Of a stretch of 64,000 bases of DNA, positions 18,960-29,051 are shown in pieces. Positions within the stretch are counted from its first letter, which is position 1. The number at the start of each line of letters is the position of its first letter. A program made the translations under genes and the position numbers. Origin of the DNA: Candidatus Woesearchaeota archaeon (GTDB lineage: Archaea > Nanobdellota > Nanobdellia > Woesearchaeales > JABGXB01); the NCBI GenBank assembly GCA_018675975.1, contig JABGXB010000002.1, forward strand, positions 256,098 through 320,097, in the 5' to 3' direction. The notes under the pieces were generated by a model. It did no database searches, was not told where the DNA came from, and saw only the letters and a program-made list of their open reading frames with translations.

Positions 18960-19661
18960 ATGACTAGATTTTTAGGTATAGTAGGATCAAAAGGGGGAAT
19001 AGGTAAAACCACAATATCTCTTAATCTTGCAAATAGTTTAACAAAGATGAAAATAAGTACCATTGCAATCGATGGGGATTTAAATTCTCCAGATTTTTCT
19101 ATGTATTTCAACAATAATAATAAACATATTAATCAAGTTAATGAAGGAAAAGAAAGTATTTTTGAAATTATAAATCAAACTGAGTCTGGATTAAATTATA
19201 TAACTAGTTCATTTAAATTAGACCATTTACATTCCCCAAATATATCAAAATTTAATAATTCTATTTCAAAATTAATGAATAAATTTGAATTTGTAATAGT
19301 TGACACTGGATCTTCATTATCAAAAGAATCAATGATAGTTACAAACGCATGTTCAGAATTACTTTTAATTACTGAACCAAATTCATTGAGTGTTAAAGAA
19401 GCATTGAGAACTAAAAATATATTTGAACATTTTAACAAAAATTTTATGGGTTTTATAATCAATAAACAAACTGATTCTAAATTTGAACTTAAATCGGACG
19501 AAATAAAACAAATATTACAATTACCTTTATTTGGAACAATTAAAAAAGATAAAATAATCAATGATTGTTTACATAATAATATTCTATCAACAGATTATTC
19601 TTTGCATATAGATTCAAGTAAAAGTTTTTTAAAAATAGCTAAAAGATTATCTAAAAAATAA
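18960..19661 (+). CDS. MinD/ParA family ATPase (second copy)
   Basis: KGGIGKTT, AIDGD, IVDTG, IINK motifs. Confidence 0.85.
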   Translation: MTRFLGIVGSKGGIGKTTISLNLANSLTKMKISTIAIDGDLNSPDFSMYFNNNNKHINQVNEGKESIFEIINQTESGLNYITSSFKLDHLHSPNISKFNNSISKLMNKFEFVIVDTGSSLSKESMIVTNACSELLLITEPNSLSVKEALRTKNIFEHFNKNFMGFIINKQTDSKFELKSDEIKQILQLPLFGTIKKDKIINDCLHNNILSTDYSLHIDSSKSFLKIAKRLSKK

Positions 19662-19713
19662 ATAATTCAAAGTTATATTTATAAAAGACAATTAATATTC
19701 AATTTTATTCCAT

Positions 19714-19788
19714 GGTCGATATAGTGTAACCTGGTTAGCACAGGAGATTGTGGCTCTCCTAGTCCGGGTTCAAATCCCGGTATCGGCC
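19714..19788 (+). tRNA. tRNA-His(GTG) with encoded G-1
   Basis: G-1 + GTCGATA/TATCGGC, C73; anticodon arm GGAGA-TTGTGGC-TCTCC; T-loop TTCAAAT. Confidence 0.95.
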
Positions 19789-19837
19789 CTTTTTAATCAA
19801 AAAACTTATAAGCCAATCAGAAGCTTCAAATATTAAA

Positions 19838-19971
19838 CCCCGCTTAGCTCAGCCTGGTAGAGCAATCGGCTGTAAAAAGTAAAAGACTTTCATTTGAAAT
19901 GAACAGGATGATATTTACTCAGTTTGATTGCAGATCCCGATGTGTCGCTGGTTCAAATCCGGCAGCGGGGA
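19838..19971 (+). tRNA. tRNA-Tyr(GTA) with 60-nt intron (19876-19935) at 37/38
   Basis: C1-G72 acceptor CCCCGCT/AGCGGGG; anticodon stem ATCGG/CCGAT; BHB central helix CTGT/GCAG with 3-nt bulges. Confidence 0.92.
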
Positions 19972-20002
19972 TATATATTAAAAAACATAAAAGGTGTTTT
20001 AT

Positions 20003-20248
20003 ATGGGAAAAAAAAAAGACAAAAAGACGAAAAAAGTCAAAAAATACCCAAGTAAAGTAGAAGAGACTGTAAAAAAAATTCAAAACATTGAAGCTCCAGA
20101 AGTTGAAGAATTTAAAATTGAAAATGAAAATAAAATTGATAGGTTCAGAACTTTTAGAAATCCAAAGGATAGATTACCTTTAAAAGAAATTGGAGCTAGA
20201 GATAAAAAAGGAACAAGACGAAAATTAAAAAGTCAACTAAAAAAATAA
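20003..20248 (+). CDS. Small basic hypothetical protein
   Basis: K/R-rich ORF; AGGTG SD before ATG 20003. Confidence 0.55.
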   Translation: MGKKKDKKTKKVKKYPSKVEETVKKIQNIEAPEVEEFKIENENKIDRFRTFRNPKDRLPLKEIGARDKKGTRRKLKSQLKK

Positions 20249-20259
20249 TTTTTTTTCTT

Positions 20260-20778
20260 TTATAATGCCAACCTATTTCTATTTGAATATCTAAATGAAC
20301 TATATGGAATTAAATATGCAATAAAATATATTAATCCAATTGCAAAAGGTTCAAGCATTATTGATTCTCTTCCTAATGATAATAAAATATTTTGAGTAAT
20401 TGTATTTGAAAAATCAAGTACATTAACTGAATTAAATATAATAATAAAAGATACAAAAATCAAAACTAATGTAGAGTATTTATCATCTATAATTTCAAGT
20501 TCACCTAATGCATAATTAATTAAAACACCAAAAACAAATGCTATTATTGTAATAAAGACATATACAAATGCAAAATTATTATTAAATTTGATTAAAATTG
20601 GAATTACTAAAATAGATGCCAATAAGTTTCCAATAATACATAAAAGTAAAATTAAAAAATATTGAAATTCTAAATTAATTGATTTTTGTTTATTCCGTTT
20701 AATTATATTTGCAGTCTTTAAAATTTCTTCTTCAGACCATTTTTTTTGTTTTAATTTTTTATATAATTTTTTATCCAT
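20260..20778 (-). CDS. Hypothetical 4-TM membrane protein
   Basis: Basic N-terminal helix plus four hydrophobic segments. Confidence 0.65.
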   Translation of the reverse strand: MDKKLYKKLKQKKWSEEEILKTANIIKRNKQKSINLEFQYFLILLLCIIGNLLASILVIPILIKFNNNFAFVYVFITIIAFVFGVLINYALGELEIIDDKYSTLVLIFVSFIIIFNSVNVLDFSNTITQNILLSLGRESIMLEPFAIGLIYFIAYLIPYSSFRYSNRNRLAL

Positions 20779-20819
20779 AAAAATAAATTATAAAACAAAT
20801 TTAAAAAACATACTTTTTT

Positions 20820-22568
20820 TTAAATTCCCCAAACAGGATTTTTTTCACGCATTATTTTTGCAATTTCACTTAAAGCTGATTTATATTCACTCGGTACATA
20901 TTTTTTTAATTCCTTATATTTTAAAAAAGTTTCTTCATTAAGACTTGTAAATAATACATCATCATCTAAAACTTGCCTTCCTAATGTAAAACCAGTCATT
21001 GAAACTGCTACTTCATCACCAGCTATTGCAAATTTAATTGATTCTTTTCCTTTTTTAATACCTTTAACTTCACCAATAACTGAACCATCACTTTTCATTA
21101 ATTTTGTACCTAATGTTAATTTCCCGTCCAATATTTTTACACCAACTATTACAGGATCTCTGGTTCTAAAAACAAACTGAGGTAATAATTCAATTTTTGA
21201 TGGAACGTTTAATCCTTTTAATTTTCCTTGTTCATCTTTTATTTTAGCCCAATTTTTATGTTCTTCCATTTGATCAATTATAGAATAAATTACGTCAGAT
21301 AATATTAATTTAACATCATCGTGGGAAACATCACACTTTATATTAAATCCTAATATAGTTCTATTAATTAAATCAGTATCAATTCCAGCTTCAATTATAT
21401 CTTTTTGATTAATATTTCCAATACTTGCTTTTCTTACATTTATATTATGTTCTTTACACAACATCAATAAAGCCTCTAATGAACCAATAGTATCTGCTTT
21501 AATTATACAACCATCTTTATTTACATCTAAAAAAACTTCTTCAATTTGACTTGATATTTCATCTTTAATCGATTCAATTTCCAATTCATTTTTTGCAGCC
21601 TTAAATGGCATTCCACTTAAAACACCATTAAGATCAGAACCAGATATTTTAATTCCAGCCGCAGCTTGAACTGAATTAACTGATATAAATTTAGTTTTTT
21701 TATCTCTAATATCGCCAACAGTCTTTGGTATTAATAATGATTTGACTTTTGAAACTTTAGTTTCTTCAACATCTCCAATTATTAAAATATCATTTTTTTT
21801 AATTGTACCATCAAAAATTAAAACATTCATTATAGTTCCTAAACCCTGCTCTTCTTTAACCTCTAATACAATACCTTCTGCAGGAGCATCTAAATGAACC
21901 TCTAAACTTTTTTCTAAAAATTTTTGAGCAAGCCCACCAACCATCATTAATAATGTATTTAATCCAAAATTATGTTTTGCAGATATTGGAACTAATGCTA
22001 ATTCATCTGAAAAATTACTAACCCTATCAAATCTTTCTGCTTTAAAGCCCATTTCATATAATTTACCAACTATCTCATACATTTTAGTTTCAAAAATTTT
22101 AACTACACTATCAATTTGAGAATTTATTGAACTAATAATATCAGAACCTTTTTTTAAATTCCAACCAGGTATTAAATCAATTTTATTACATGCAATAATA
22201 AAAGGTGTTTTATATGATTTTAATATTTCAATTGCTTCAATTGTTTGTGGCTTAAAACCTTCATTAATATCAATAACTAAAATAGCTATGTCAGCTAAAT
22301 TACCACCTCTTTTTCTAAGACTTGTAAATGCTGCATGACCAGGTGTGTCAATAAATAATAAACCAGGAAAATTTTCTCCAATAGTATTTTTAATTGAATC
22401 CCCACACTGTTCCTTAATTAAATCAAAAGAAATTTCAGTTGCACCAATATGTTGAGTTATTGAACCAGCCTCACGTGAAACCAAATTAGTTTTCCTAATT
22501 GAATCTAATATAGATGTTTTCCCATGGTCAACATGACCCATAATTGAAACAATTGGTTTTCTTATCAT
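20820..22568 (-). CDS. infB: Translation initiation factor IF-2 (aIF5B)
   Basis: GHVDHGKT, ITQHIGA, DTPGH, NKID; archaeal-type C-terminus. Confidence 0.97.
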   Translation of the reverse strand: MIRKPIVSIMGHVDHGKTSILDSIRKTNLVSREAGSITQHIGATEISFDLIKEQCGDSIKNTIGENFPGLLFIDTPGHAAFTSLRKRGGNLADIAILVIDINEGFKPQTIEAIEILKSYKTPFIIACNKIDLIPGWNLKKGSDIISSINSQIDSVVKIFETKMYEIVGKLYEMGFKAERFDRVSNFSDELALVPISAKHNFGLNTLLMMVGGLAQKFLEKSLEVHLDAPAEGIVLEVKEEQGLGTIMNVLIFDGTIKKNDILIIGDVEETKVSKVKSLLIPKTVGDIRDKKTKFISVNSVQAAAGIKISGSDLNGVLSGMPFKAAKNELEIESIKDEISSQIEEVFLDVNKDGCIIKADTIGSLEALLMLCKEHNINVRKASIGNINQKDIIEAGIDTDLINRTILGFNIKCDVSHDDVKLILSDVIYSIIDQMEEHKNWAKIKDEQGKLKGLNVPSKIELLPQFVFRTRDPVIVGVKILDGKLTLGTKLMKSDGSVIGEVKGIKKGKESIKFAIAGDEVAVSMTGFTLGRQVLDDDVLFTSLNEETFLKYKELKKYVPSEYKSALSEIAKIMREKNPVWGI

Positions 22569-22656
22569 AACCTACATAAAAGCTGAGTATTTATAAAAAT
22601 AATTATCTATTTAATAATACACAAATATTTAAAAATCAATTATGAAATAAACAGCC

Positions 22657-23079
22657 ATGAACAAATTTTTTTATTGTGACAATAGTAGTCAAGCATGGAT
22701 GCTTAGACAACAAATTCCAGATATTTTAGAAGAAAATCAACTTCCATATGAATTAGTCAAAGTTAGAAGCTTATCAGTTTGTAAAAAAGAATTAGAGGAG
22801 TCTCCAGATGAATATTTAGGATTATATTATGAACCTGCAGAATACATGTTAAATTTGGATCGAATACCCAGAGAGCTCTTATCCGATATTTTAAAAATCA
22901 AACCAATAATTTTATACACAACTTTTGAACCAAAAGAAAACTCACTTAATTATGTCGGATTATTCAAATTAGAAGAAGGAAAACACTATAGTCATTATTT
23001 ATGTAAATTTCAACGTCCAATAATTCAAAATTTTATTGAATCTCTTGAAAAATTAAAAGAATATAATAAAAAAAATTAA
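22657..23079 (+). CDS. Probable degenerate CheY-like receiver domain protein
   Basis: KFFYCDN, ELVKVRS, YLGLYYE, PIILYT, HYLCK spaced like the REC beta strands. Confidence 0.5.
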   Translation: MNKFFYCDNSSQAWMLRQQIPDILEENQLPYELVKVRSLSVCKKELEESPDEYLGLYYEPAEYMLNLDRIPRELLSDILKIKPIILYTTFEPKENSLNYVGLFKLEEGKHYSHYLCKFQRPIIQNFIESLEKLKEYNKKN

Positions 23080-23086
23080 AAAATTA

Positions 23087-23347
23087 TTATTCCTGAGATG
23101 AATCTGATTGATTATTATTTTCAGAATTATTAGAATCATTATTTTCTTCTGCTTCTAATTCCTTATAATATCTATTTAATTCTTGTTCATATTCATCTTC
23201 TGTAATTAATCCTTTTTTAACTAATAAATCTACTAAAATATCTACTTTATCATTAGCAGCAAAAACTAATTCTTCTGTTGAAAAATCTTCAGTATTGTCG
23301 TCATTATCATGATTACAATCTGGGCCGTGTACGTGTTCTGGTTCCAT
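23087..23347 (-). CDS. Small acidic protein with HVHGPDCNH metal-binding-like motif
   Basis: GAGGA SD; LVDLLVKKGLITEDEY SHOCT-like helix pair. Confidence 0.65.
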   Translation of the reverse strand: MEPEHVHGPDCNHDNDDNTEDFSTEELVFAANDKVDILVDLLVKKGLITEDEYEQELNRYYKELEAEENNDSNNSENNNQSDSSQE

Positions 23348-23427
23348 TTTTTATATTCCTCCTATAACTTGAGAATTTTAATTCAGTTTTTAAATTCTTT
23401 GTATATTTAAAATATAGAAATTTGGAT

Positions 23428-25827
23428 TTATTTCACTTTTTTATTAAAAATATCAAAAATATACTTTGCTTTAGATTCACCAATTTTTTCAACTTTTAAT
23501 AAATCTGACATTTTTGCATTGGCTATGTTTTTTAGGCTTTTAAAATGATATAAAAGTACTTTGGCTAAACTAAAACCAATACTTGGTAATGCACTAATAA
23601 CATATTCAATTTGATCAATTGTATCTTTAGGCTTATTTGAAGTATGTGGATTAAAATATTTGAAATTATCACCTTGTTCTCTTTTTATAATTGAAATAAA
23701 AAAATCTACTGTTTCTTTTTTATTTCTTGTAAAAATTACAGGTATATTATAGTCAAGGAGTAAACTGGTAATTGCACCAAATATTTGACTATTAGAAATA
23801 TTATTTGTATTAAATATTCCATTATTAGATTCTATTACCATAATAGGTTTCAAATATAATGAAGAAAGTTCTTTTGCTTGTGTAAATAATCTTCCATCAA
23901 ATATAGATTGTATAAAATCATCATCTAATTTATATTCAATTGCAACATTTTCAGATAAAATATAATCAGCACAATTTAATGATTTTAAATTAATTTTTAT
24001 ATTGTGAATTTCAAATTCTTTAATTAAATTACTTGCTTTTTCTCTATGATCTACAATAATCAAAAAATCATTTTTTTCTTTTTTTAATTCTGTTTTATTT
24101 TTTGAAACAAAACTATTAAGATTTAATTGTAAATTATTACCAACATCTAAAGTGATTTCATCATCTTCTAATAATGGATCATTTTCAAAATCCGATACTT
24201 TAATGTTTTTATTAAAATCCAAATCAAGTTTATTTTTTTCAATATGTTCGTCATCCATATTAATTGATTTTGCTAAAGTTTTTATTTTATCAAATTCTAA
24301 TTGTTTATCATTTTTATTCACCTTAACTAAACTTAATTCATTTTTTAAATCTTTTAAAATTCTATACATTCTTTTTTCTTTATGAAAACTTGACCATTTA
24401 TATGCCTCATCACGGGTTCCTTCATTAATTAATACATAAGTTTCACCATAATCATCTCTTGCAGTCCTTCCCCTTCTTTGTATTGTACGAATTGCACTTG
24501 GAACTGGTTCAAAAAAAATTACTGCCTTTACTAATGGAATATCCAAACCCTCTTCTGCAACTGAGGTTGCAATAAGTACATTGTATTTTGAATTTCTAAA
24601 ATCTTCAATTATTCTTTTTTGTTCAACTTGTGAATGCCCCATTCCTTTTTTTTTTGCCTGCCCAAAAAATAAAATTGGATTAACATTTTCAATACCATTT
24701 ATATGATTATATACAGAAATTGCACTGTCTCTATATTGATTAAAAATAATACATTTAAATTTTTTATTATTTGAAAATTTATTTTTTAAAAGATCATTTA
24801 ATTTACCCAATTTAGGATGAATAAATTGTTTACTCAATAATTGTTTTGTTAAATTTCGGGCTGTTATAAAATTAGAATCTTTTACTAAATTAATTGTTGC
24901 TTTAACTTTTGTTTTTTTACTATCTTCAAAAAGAGAATCAAAATAGTCATTTAAACTATGTAAAGTTTGTGTTTCTAATAATTCAACTGCATGAGAACAT
25001 TTTAATGCTTGTGCACATAATGAAACACTCATCAAAAGATCCATATTTTTATCTCCATTAATTATTTCTCTACTTAATTTTGATTGTAACATTAATAATT
25101 TAGTTTTAGTAATTACATTTAAATCAAAATTTAAATAATTTCTATCTTTAATGTCTTTTAATTTTGATTTTAAACAGGAATTTAATAAGCTTTGAATTGT
25201 TTTTAATTCATCTGGAAATTTAATTTTTAATTCAATAACAGCAGAATCTTGTACATATTCGCGCACATCATGATCATATGCAGATCGATATTCAATTTCA
25301 CCAATAAATAAATTTTTGCAAACTTCACCTATAGTTTCAATGTTTGAACCAGGGCTTGCAGTTAATGCTAATAATCGTCCATCTTTATTTTTTTTATTAA
25401 ATTGATTCGATATATAATTATATGAATAATTACCAACAGACCTATGAGCTTCATCAAAAATAATTAAAGATACGTCACTAAGATTAATTTTATTTGATAT
25501 AATATCATTTTCAAATCCTTGTGGTGTTGAAAATATTATGTCATTTTGTTTAAATAATTCACTTCTTTTATCACTTTTTATACTTCCAGTAAATGAAATT
25601 GATTTAAATTCAGATAATATTTCATTACAATTTTTTTCATGTTGTAAAACTAATGGTCGTGTGGGCGCAAAAAATAATATTTTTTTATTTTTATATTTAT
25701 TTAAAAAAATTCTAGAAAGTAAAAATGCAATTAAAGTTTTTCCAAGACCAGTTGGTAGTACAACTAATGTATTCTTATTATATGCAGTATTAATTATGGA
25801 TAATTGATATTTTCTAGGTTTAATCAC
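23428..25827 (-). CDS. hef: Hef/FANCM-like helicase-ERCC4 nuclease
   Basis: PTGLGKT, DEAH, TASPG, QRRGRTAR; C-terminal VDHRE...ADY...IEYK ERCC4 domain and HhH repeats. Confidence 0.93.
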   Translation of the reverse strand: MIKPRKYQLSIINTAYNKNTLVVLPTGLGKTLIAFLLSRIFLNKYKNKKILFFAPTRPLVLQHEKNCNEILSEFKSISFTGSIKSDKRSELFKQNDIIFSTPQGFENDIISNKINLSDVSLIIFDEAHRSVGNYSYNYISNQFNKKNKDGRLLALTASPGSNIETIGEVCKNLFIGEIEYRSAYDHDVREYVQDSAVIELKIKFPDELKTIQSLLNSCLKSKLKDIKDRNYLNFDLNVITKTKLLMLQSKLSREIINGDKNMDLLMSVSLCAQALKCSHAVELLETQTLHSLNDYFDSLFEDSKKTKVKATINLVKDSNFITARNLTKQLLSKQFIHPKLGKLNDLLKNKFSNNKKFKCIIFNQYRDSAISVYNHINGIENVNPILFFGQAKKKGMGHSQVEQKRIIEDFRNSKYNVLIATSVAEEGLDIPLVKAVIFFEPVPSAIRTIQRRGRTARDDYGETYVLINEGTRDEAYKWSSFHKEKRMYRILKDLKNELSLVKVNKNDKQLEFDKIKTLAKSINMDDEHIEKNKLDLDFNKNIKVSDFENDPLLEDDEITLDVGNNLQLNLNSFVSKNKTELKKEKNDFLIIVDHREKASNLIKEFEIHNIKINLKSLNCADYILSENVAIEYKLDDDFIQSIFDGRLFTQAKELSSLYLKPIMVIESNNGIFNTNNISNSQIFGAITSLLLDYNIPVIFTRNKKETVDFFISIIKREQGDNFKYFNPHTSNKPKDTIDQIEYVISALPSIGFSLAKVLLYHFKSLKNIANAKMSDLLKVEKIGESKAKYIFDIFNKKVK

Positions 25828-25893
25828 TAATTAAACAATTCAATAATTATTTAAAAAGTTTAATTACAATTGACCAGTGCATAATTTTTTAAA

Positions 25894-26196
25894 ATGTATT
25901 TAAATCGAAATTTTATGATTTATGATTTATTATATAAAATTTTAATATTATTAGATATATTAAGCCTTACTTCAACTATAATGATTATATTTCAAATACA
26001 TTATTGGAAATTTGTAATGTTACACGGATTTTTACTTTTAGTTAAGGATTATTACTTTTTTGGAGATTTTATTACAAATATTGAATTATTTTTTGCGATT
26101 TATTTATTATTGGCGCCCTTAGGATTTATAAATGAAGTATTAAATGTACTATGTTTATTTTTTTTTGCTTATAAAATAGCTATTTCAATATTATAA
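25894..26196 (+). CDS. Small hypothetical membrane protein
   Basis: Hydrophobic ORF upstream of the PRC-barrel gene. Confidence 0.5.
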   Translation: MYLNRNFMIYDLLYKILILLDILSLTSTIMIIFQIHYWKFVMLHGFLLLVKDYYFFGDFITNIELFFAIYLLLAPLGFINEVLNVLCLFFFAYKIAISIL

Positions 26197-26268
26197 TTTA
26201 AATTATACAATTTGACGAAAATTATTTAAATTACAATAAATGAATATTGAATATAAAGAGGTATTAAT

Positions 26269-26535
26269 ATGATTAAAATGAAGAAAATTTCTGAAACTTT
26301 TGACATGAGAGTATTTACTGACACAGGTGAATATTTTGGAGATTTAGAAGAAAGCATAATTACAAGTAATAAAATATATGGATGGAGAGTTAGAGCTTCT
26401 AAAAATTCTTATTTAGCAAAAATATTAGGTGCTGCAAAAGGAGTTGTAATCCCACATTCATTTATTAAAGCAATTGGAGATATAATGATAATATCAAAAA
26501 ATGCAATTCCTACACAAGAAGAAGGAGAAAATTAA
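26269..26535 (+). CDS. PRC-barrel domain protein (CdpB-like, cell division)
   Basis: MRVFTDTGEYFGDL...VIPHSFIKAIGDIMII. Confidence 0.85.
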   Translation: MIKMKKISETFDMRVFTDTGEYFGDLEESIITSNKIYGWRVRASKNSYLAKILGAAKGVVIPHSFIKAIGDIMIISKNAIPTQEEGEN

Positions 26536-26602
26536 TTTTTTTATTAATATTTTTTATTTAAAAACCCAAAAGATAATAAATCAAAAATAGTATTTTTATA
26601 AT

Positions 26603-27445
26603 ATGTTTTCAATAAAAGAGGTTTTTCTAAGCATTAAAGAAAATTTTGATGTAAAAAAAAGTGAAATTAAAGATCTTCTTTTAATATCATTATTATTGGG
26701 AATTGGTATTTCATTTACAAATTTTAATCAAGTTGATGGGTTTGTTAATTCAATATATTATTTATTTTACCACATTGCAATTGTTTTTATTACATTTACA
26801 TTTTATATTACAGGAATTAAAGTCTTTTCATCGATTTTATACTATAAAGCAAAATTTAATGTACAATTAATTGGAGCATTTATATTTTTTGTAATTTTAT
26901 GGTTAACAAATGGAAGTTTAGTTTTAGGTTCTATAATTTATATATTAATTATGGTAATCGAATCATTAATAGTAATGAGATTTGTTGAAGTAAAAAATAA
27001 ATTATTAAAAGATTTTAGATCAAACAAAAGAAAAATATTTGCATATTGTTTTAATTTTAGTCCAATAATAGATAAAAGAATAAATAAAGAAAAAAGAAGT
27101 AAATTTAGTGATATAGGATGGAATTATTTTTTTGGTTTTCTTTTCGTATTAATTTTATATACAATAATATTAAAAAGTCCCTTTTATAATACTGGAAATG
27201 AATATGTAATTGCAAATTATTTTATTTTATGGTTTATTATATACAATTTAATACCATATCCACCACAAGCAGGAATTTATATATTATTTAGTGGAAGGAG
27301 TAGATATATATTTATTTTAAGTTTAATTACAATATATTTATTATTAATACATTTTTTATCCACATTTTCAGTTATTTTAATTTCAATCTTAATTAGCCTT
27401 TTAATTCTTTATTTTTATTTTCATCATTTTGAAATTCATTATTAA
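26603..27445 (+). CDS. Multi-pass membrane protein, degenerate site-2 protease (M50)-like
   Basis: EIKDLLLISLLLG start and YNLIPYPPQAG, but no HEXXH. Confidence 0.55.
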   Translation: MFSIKEVFLSIKENFDVKKSEIKDLLLISLLLGIGISFTNFNQVDGFVNSIYYLFYHIAIVFITFTFYITGIKVFSSILYYKAKFNVQLIGAFIFFVILWLTNGSLVLGSIIYILIMVIESLIVMRFVEVKNKLLKDFRSNKRKIFAYCFNFSPIIDKRINKEKRSKFSDIGWNYFFGFLFVLILYTIILKSPFYNTGNEYVIANYFILWFIIYNLIPYPPQAGIYILFSGRSRYIFILSLITIYLLLIHFLSTFSVILISILISLLILYFYFHHFEIHY

Positions 27446-27493
27446 TAAAAAAATTATAGATAGGATTTTAAAAAAAGAAATTATTCATATAAT

Positions 27494-28183
27494 ATGGAAT
27501 CAATAAAAATTAATTCAAATGAAATTGTATTACTTGGAACTAGCCACATTAGTCCTAAAAGTGTAAAAGACATAAATAATTTTGTTCAAAAAAATAACCC
27601 TGACATAATTTGTATTGAATTAGATAAAAATAGAGCAATTGGTTTATTTCAAAAAGGTAAAAGAAAATATCCATTATCTTTAATTAAAAGAATTGGATTT
27701 AGTGGATATGTATTTGCATTAATCGGAAGTTATATTGAAAAAAAAATTGCAAGTAAAATTGGAACAAAAGTTGGAGATGATATGAAAGCTGGAATTCTTT
27801 CTGCAAATAAACATAAAATACCAGTTGCATTTATTGATCAAAATATTGAAATTACATTAAGACGATTTTCAAAATTATTTACATTTAAACAAAAATTAAA
27901 ATTATTTTGGTTTATTATAAAATCATTTTTTACCAAACAAGAAAAAATAGCATTTGATATAACTGGAGTTCCAGAACAAGATCAAATTGATAAAATAATT
28001 GAAATGTTAAAACCAAATGTACCTGTTTTTTATAATGTTTTAATTGAAGAAAGAAATGTGTTTATGGTAAATAAAATATTAAGAATTTGTAAAAAAGAAC
28101 AAGACAAATTAATTTTATGTATTATTGGAGCAGGTCATAAAAAAGGTATGGCTGAATTATTAAAAAAATATAATAAAAATTAA
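27494..28183 (+). CDS. TraB/pheromone-shutdown family protein
   Basis: LLGTSHIS, PDIICIELD..R, GDDM, IDQNIEITLRR, LIEERN..M, IGAGHKKG. Confidence 0.9.
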   Translation: MESIKINSNEIVLLGTSHISPKSVKDINNFVQKNNPDIICIELDKNRAIGLFQKGKRKYPLSLIKRIGFSGYVFALIGSYIEKKIASKIGTKVGDDMKAGILSANKHKIPVAFIDQNIEITLRRFSKLFTFKQKLKLFWFIIKSFFTKQEKIAFDITGVPEQDQIDKIIEMLKPNVPVFYNVLIEERNVFMVNKILRICKKEQDKLILCIIGAGHKKGMAELLKKYNKN

Positions 28184-28846
28184 GAATGTAAAAAAACCTG
28201 AAAAAACAGGTATAGATAGATTATCATCAATATTTTCAAAATATAATTCTGCAAAACTTGCAAAAAAAGCAGCTGCAAAAATAAGATATAAATTTAATTC
28301 TAATAAATTAAAATTAGTAAATATATTATTTAATACATTCCATAATGTAGAATTACCAAAAATTTCAAAACTACCTCTTAAAAATATAAATGCAATAATT
28401 AAATTAACCAAAAATCCTGCCGTCGTACCCTCTAAAGTTTTTGATAAAAATTTAGTTTTTCCAAATTTCTTTCCAACCAAAGCTGCAAACAAATCACCAA
28501 AAATCGCCATTAATATAACTGCAATTGCAATATTATAATTAAAAATACTTAATGAAATAACAATACCTAATAGCATATAAAAACTACCAGACATTGAATT
28601 TTGTTCATGTAATCTATGAAATTGATTTAATTTTGTTGTATACTTTTTAAAATATTTTTCAAAAAAGTTTCTCGCTTTCCTAAGTCTAATTTCCTCATAA
28701 AAAAAATGTATAATTAATAAAAAAGTTAAAAAATAAATTGCAATTTTATAATTAAAATAAAATTCAACAAAAGTAAATAAAAATAAATAAGTTAAACTCA
28801 CTAAATGCACAGATTTTCTTTTAATTTCAAAATCTAAAGAAGACAT
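28160..28846 (-). CDS. SEC59/DGK1/VTE5 family polyprenol/diacylglycerol kinase
   Basis: RKSVHL, FGDLFAALVGKKFG, KTLEG, IDDNLSIP. Confidence 0.85.
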   Translation of the reverse strand: MSSLDFEIKRKSVHLVSLTYLFLFTFVEFYFNYKIAIYFLTFLLIIHFFYEEIRLRKARNFFEKYFKKYTTKLNQFHRLHEQNSMSGSFYMLLGIVISLSIFNYNIAIAVILMAIFGDLFAALVGKKFGKTKFLSKTLEGTTAGFLVNLIIAFIFLRGSFEIFGNSTLWNVLNNIFTNFNLLELNLYLIFAAAFFASFAELYFENIDDNLSIPVFSGFFTFLIFIIFF

Positions 28847-28885
28847 ATTTTATTTAAATTATAATACTTTAAAAAATAATCTGTT

Positions 28886-29041
28886 TTAATCATCCTTATC
28901 AATAACAATCATTAAATCATCAGAATCAATAATATCAAATTCACCCCTGTGATCTTTTAAAATAGTACATTTATATTCAGAATCACTTAGAATTTCAATT
29001 AAACTCACCACATTTTTTTCTTTTTTTTTATGATCTGTCAT
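28886..29041 (-). CDS. Small hypothetical protein (51 aa; not in ORF track)
   Basis: MTDHKKKEKNVVSLIEILSDSEYKCTILKDHRGEFDIIDSDDLMIVIDKDD fills the gap after tRNA-Trp. Confidence 0.4.
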   Translation of the reverse strand: MTDHKKKEKNVVSLIEILSDSEYKCTILKDHRGEFDIIDSDDLMIVIDKDD

Positions 29042-29051
29042 TTTAAAAAAA

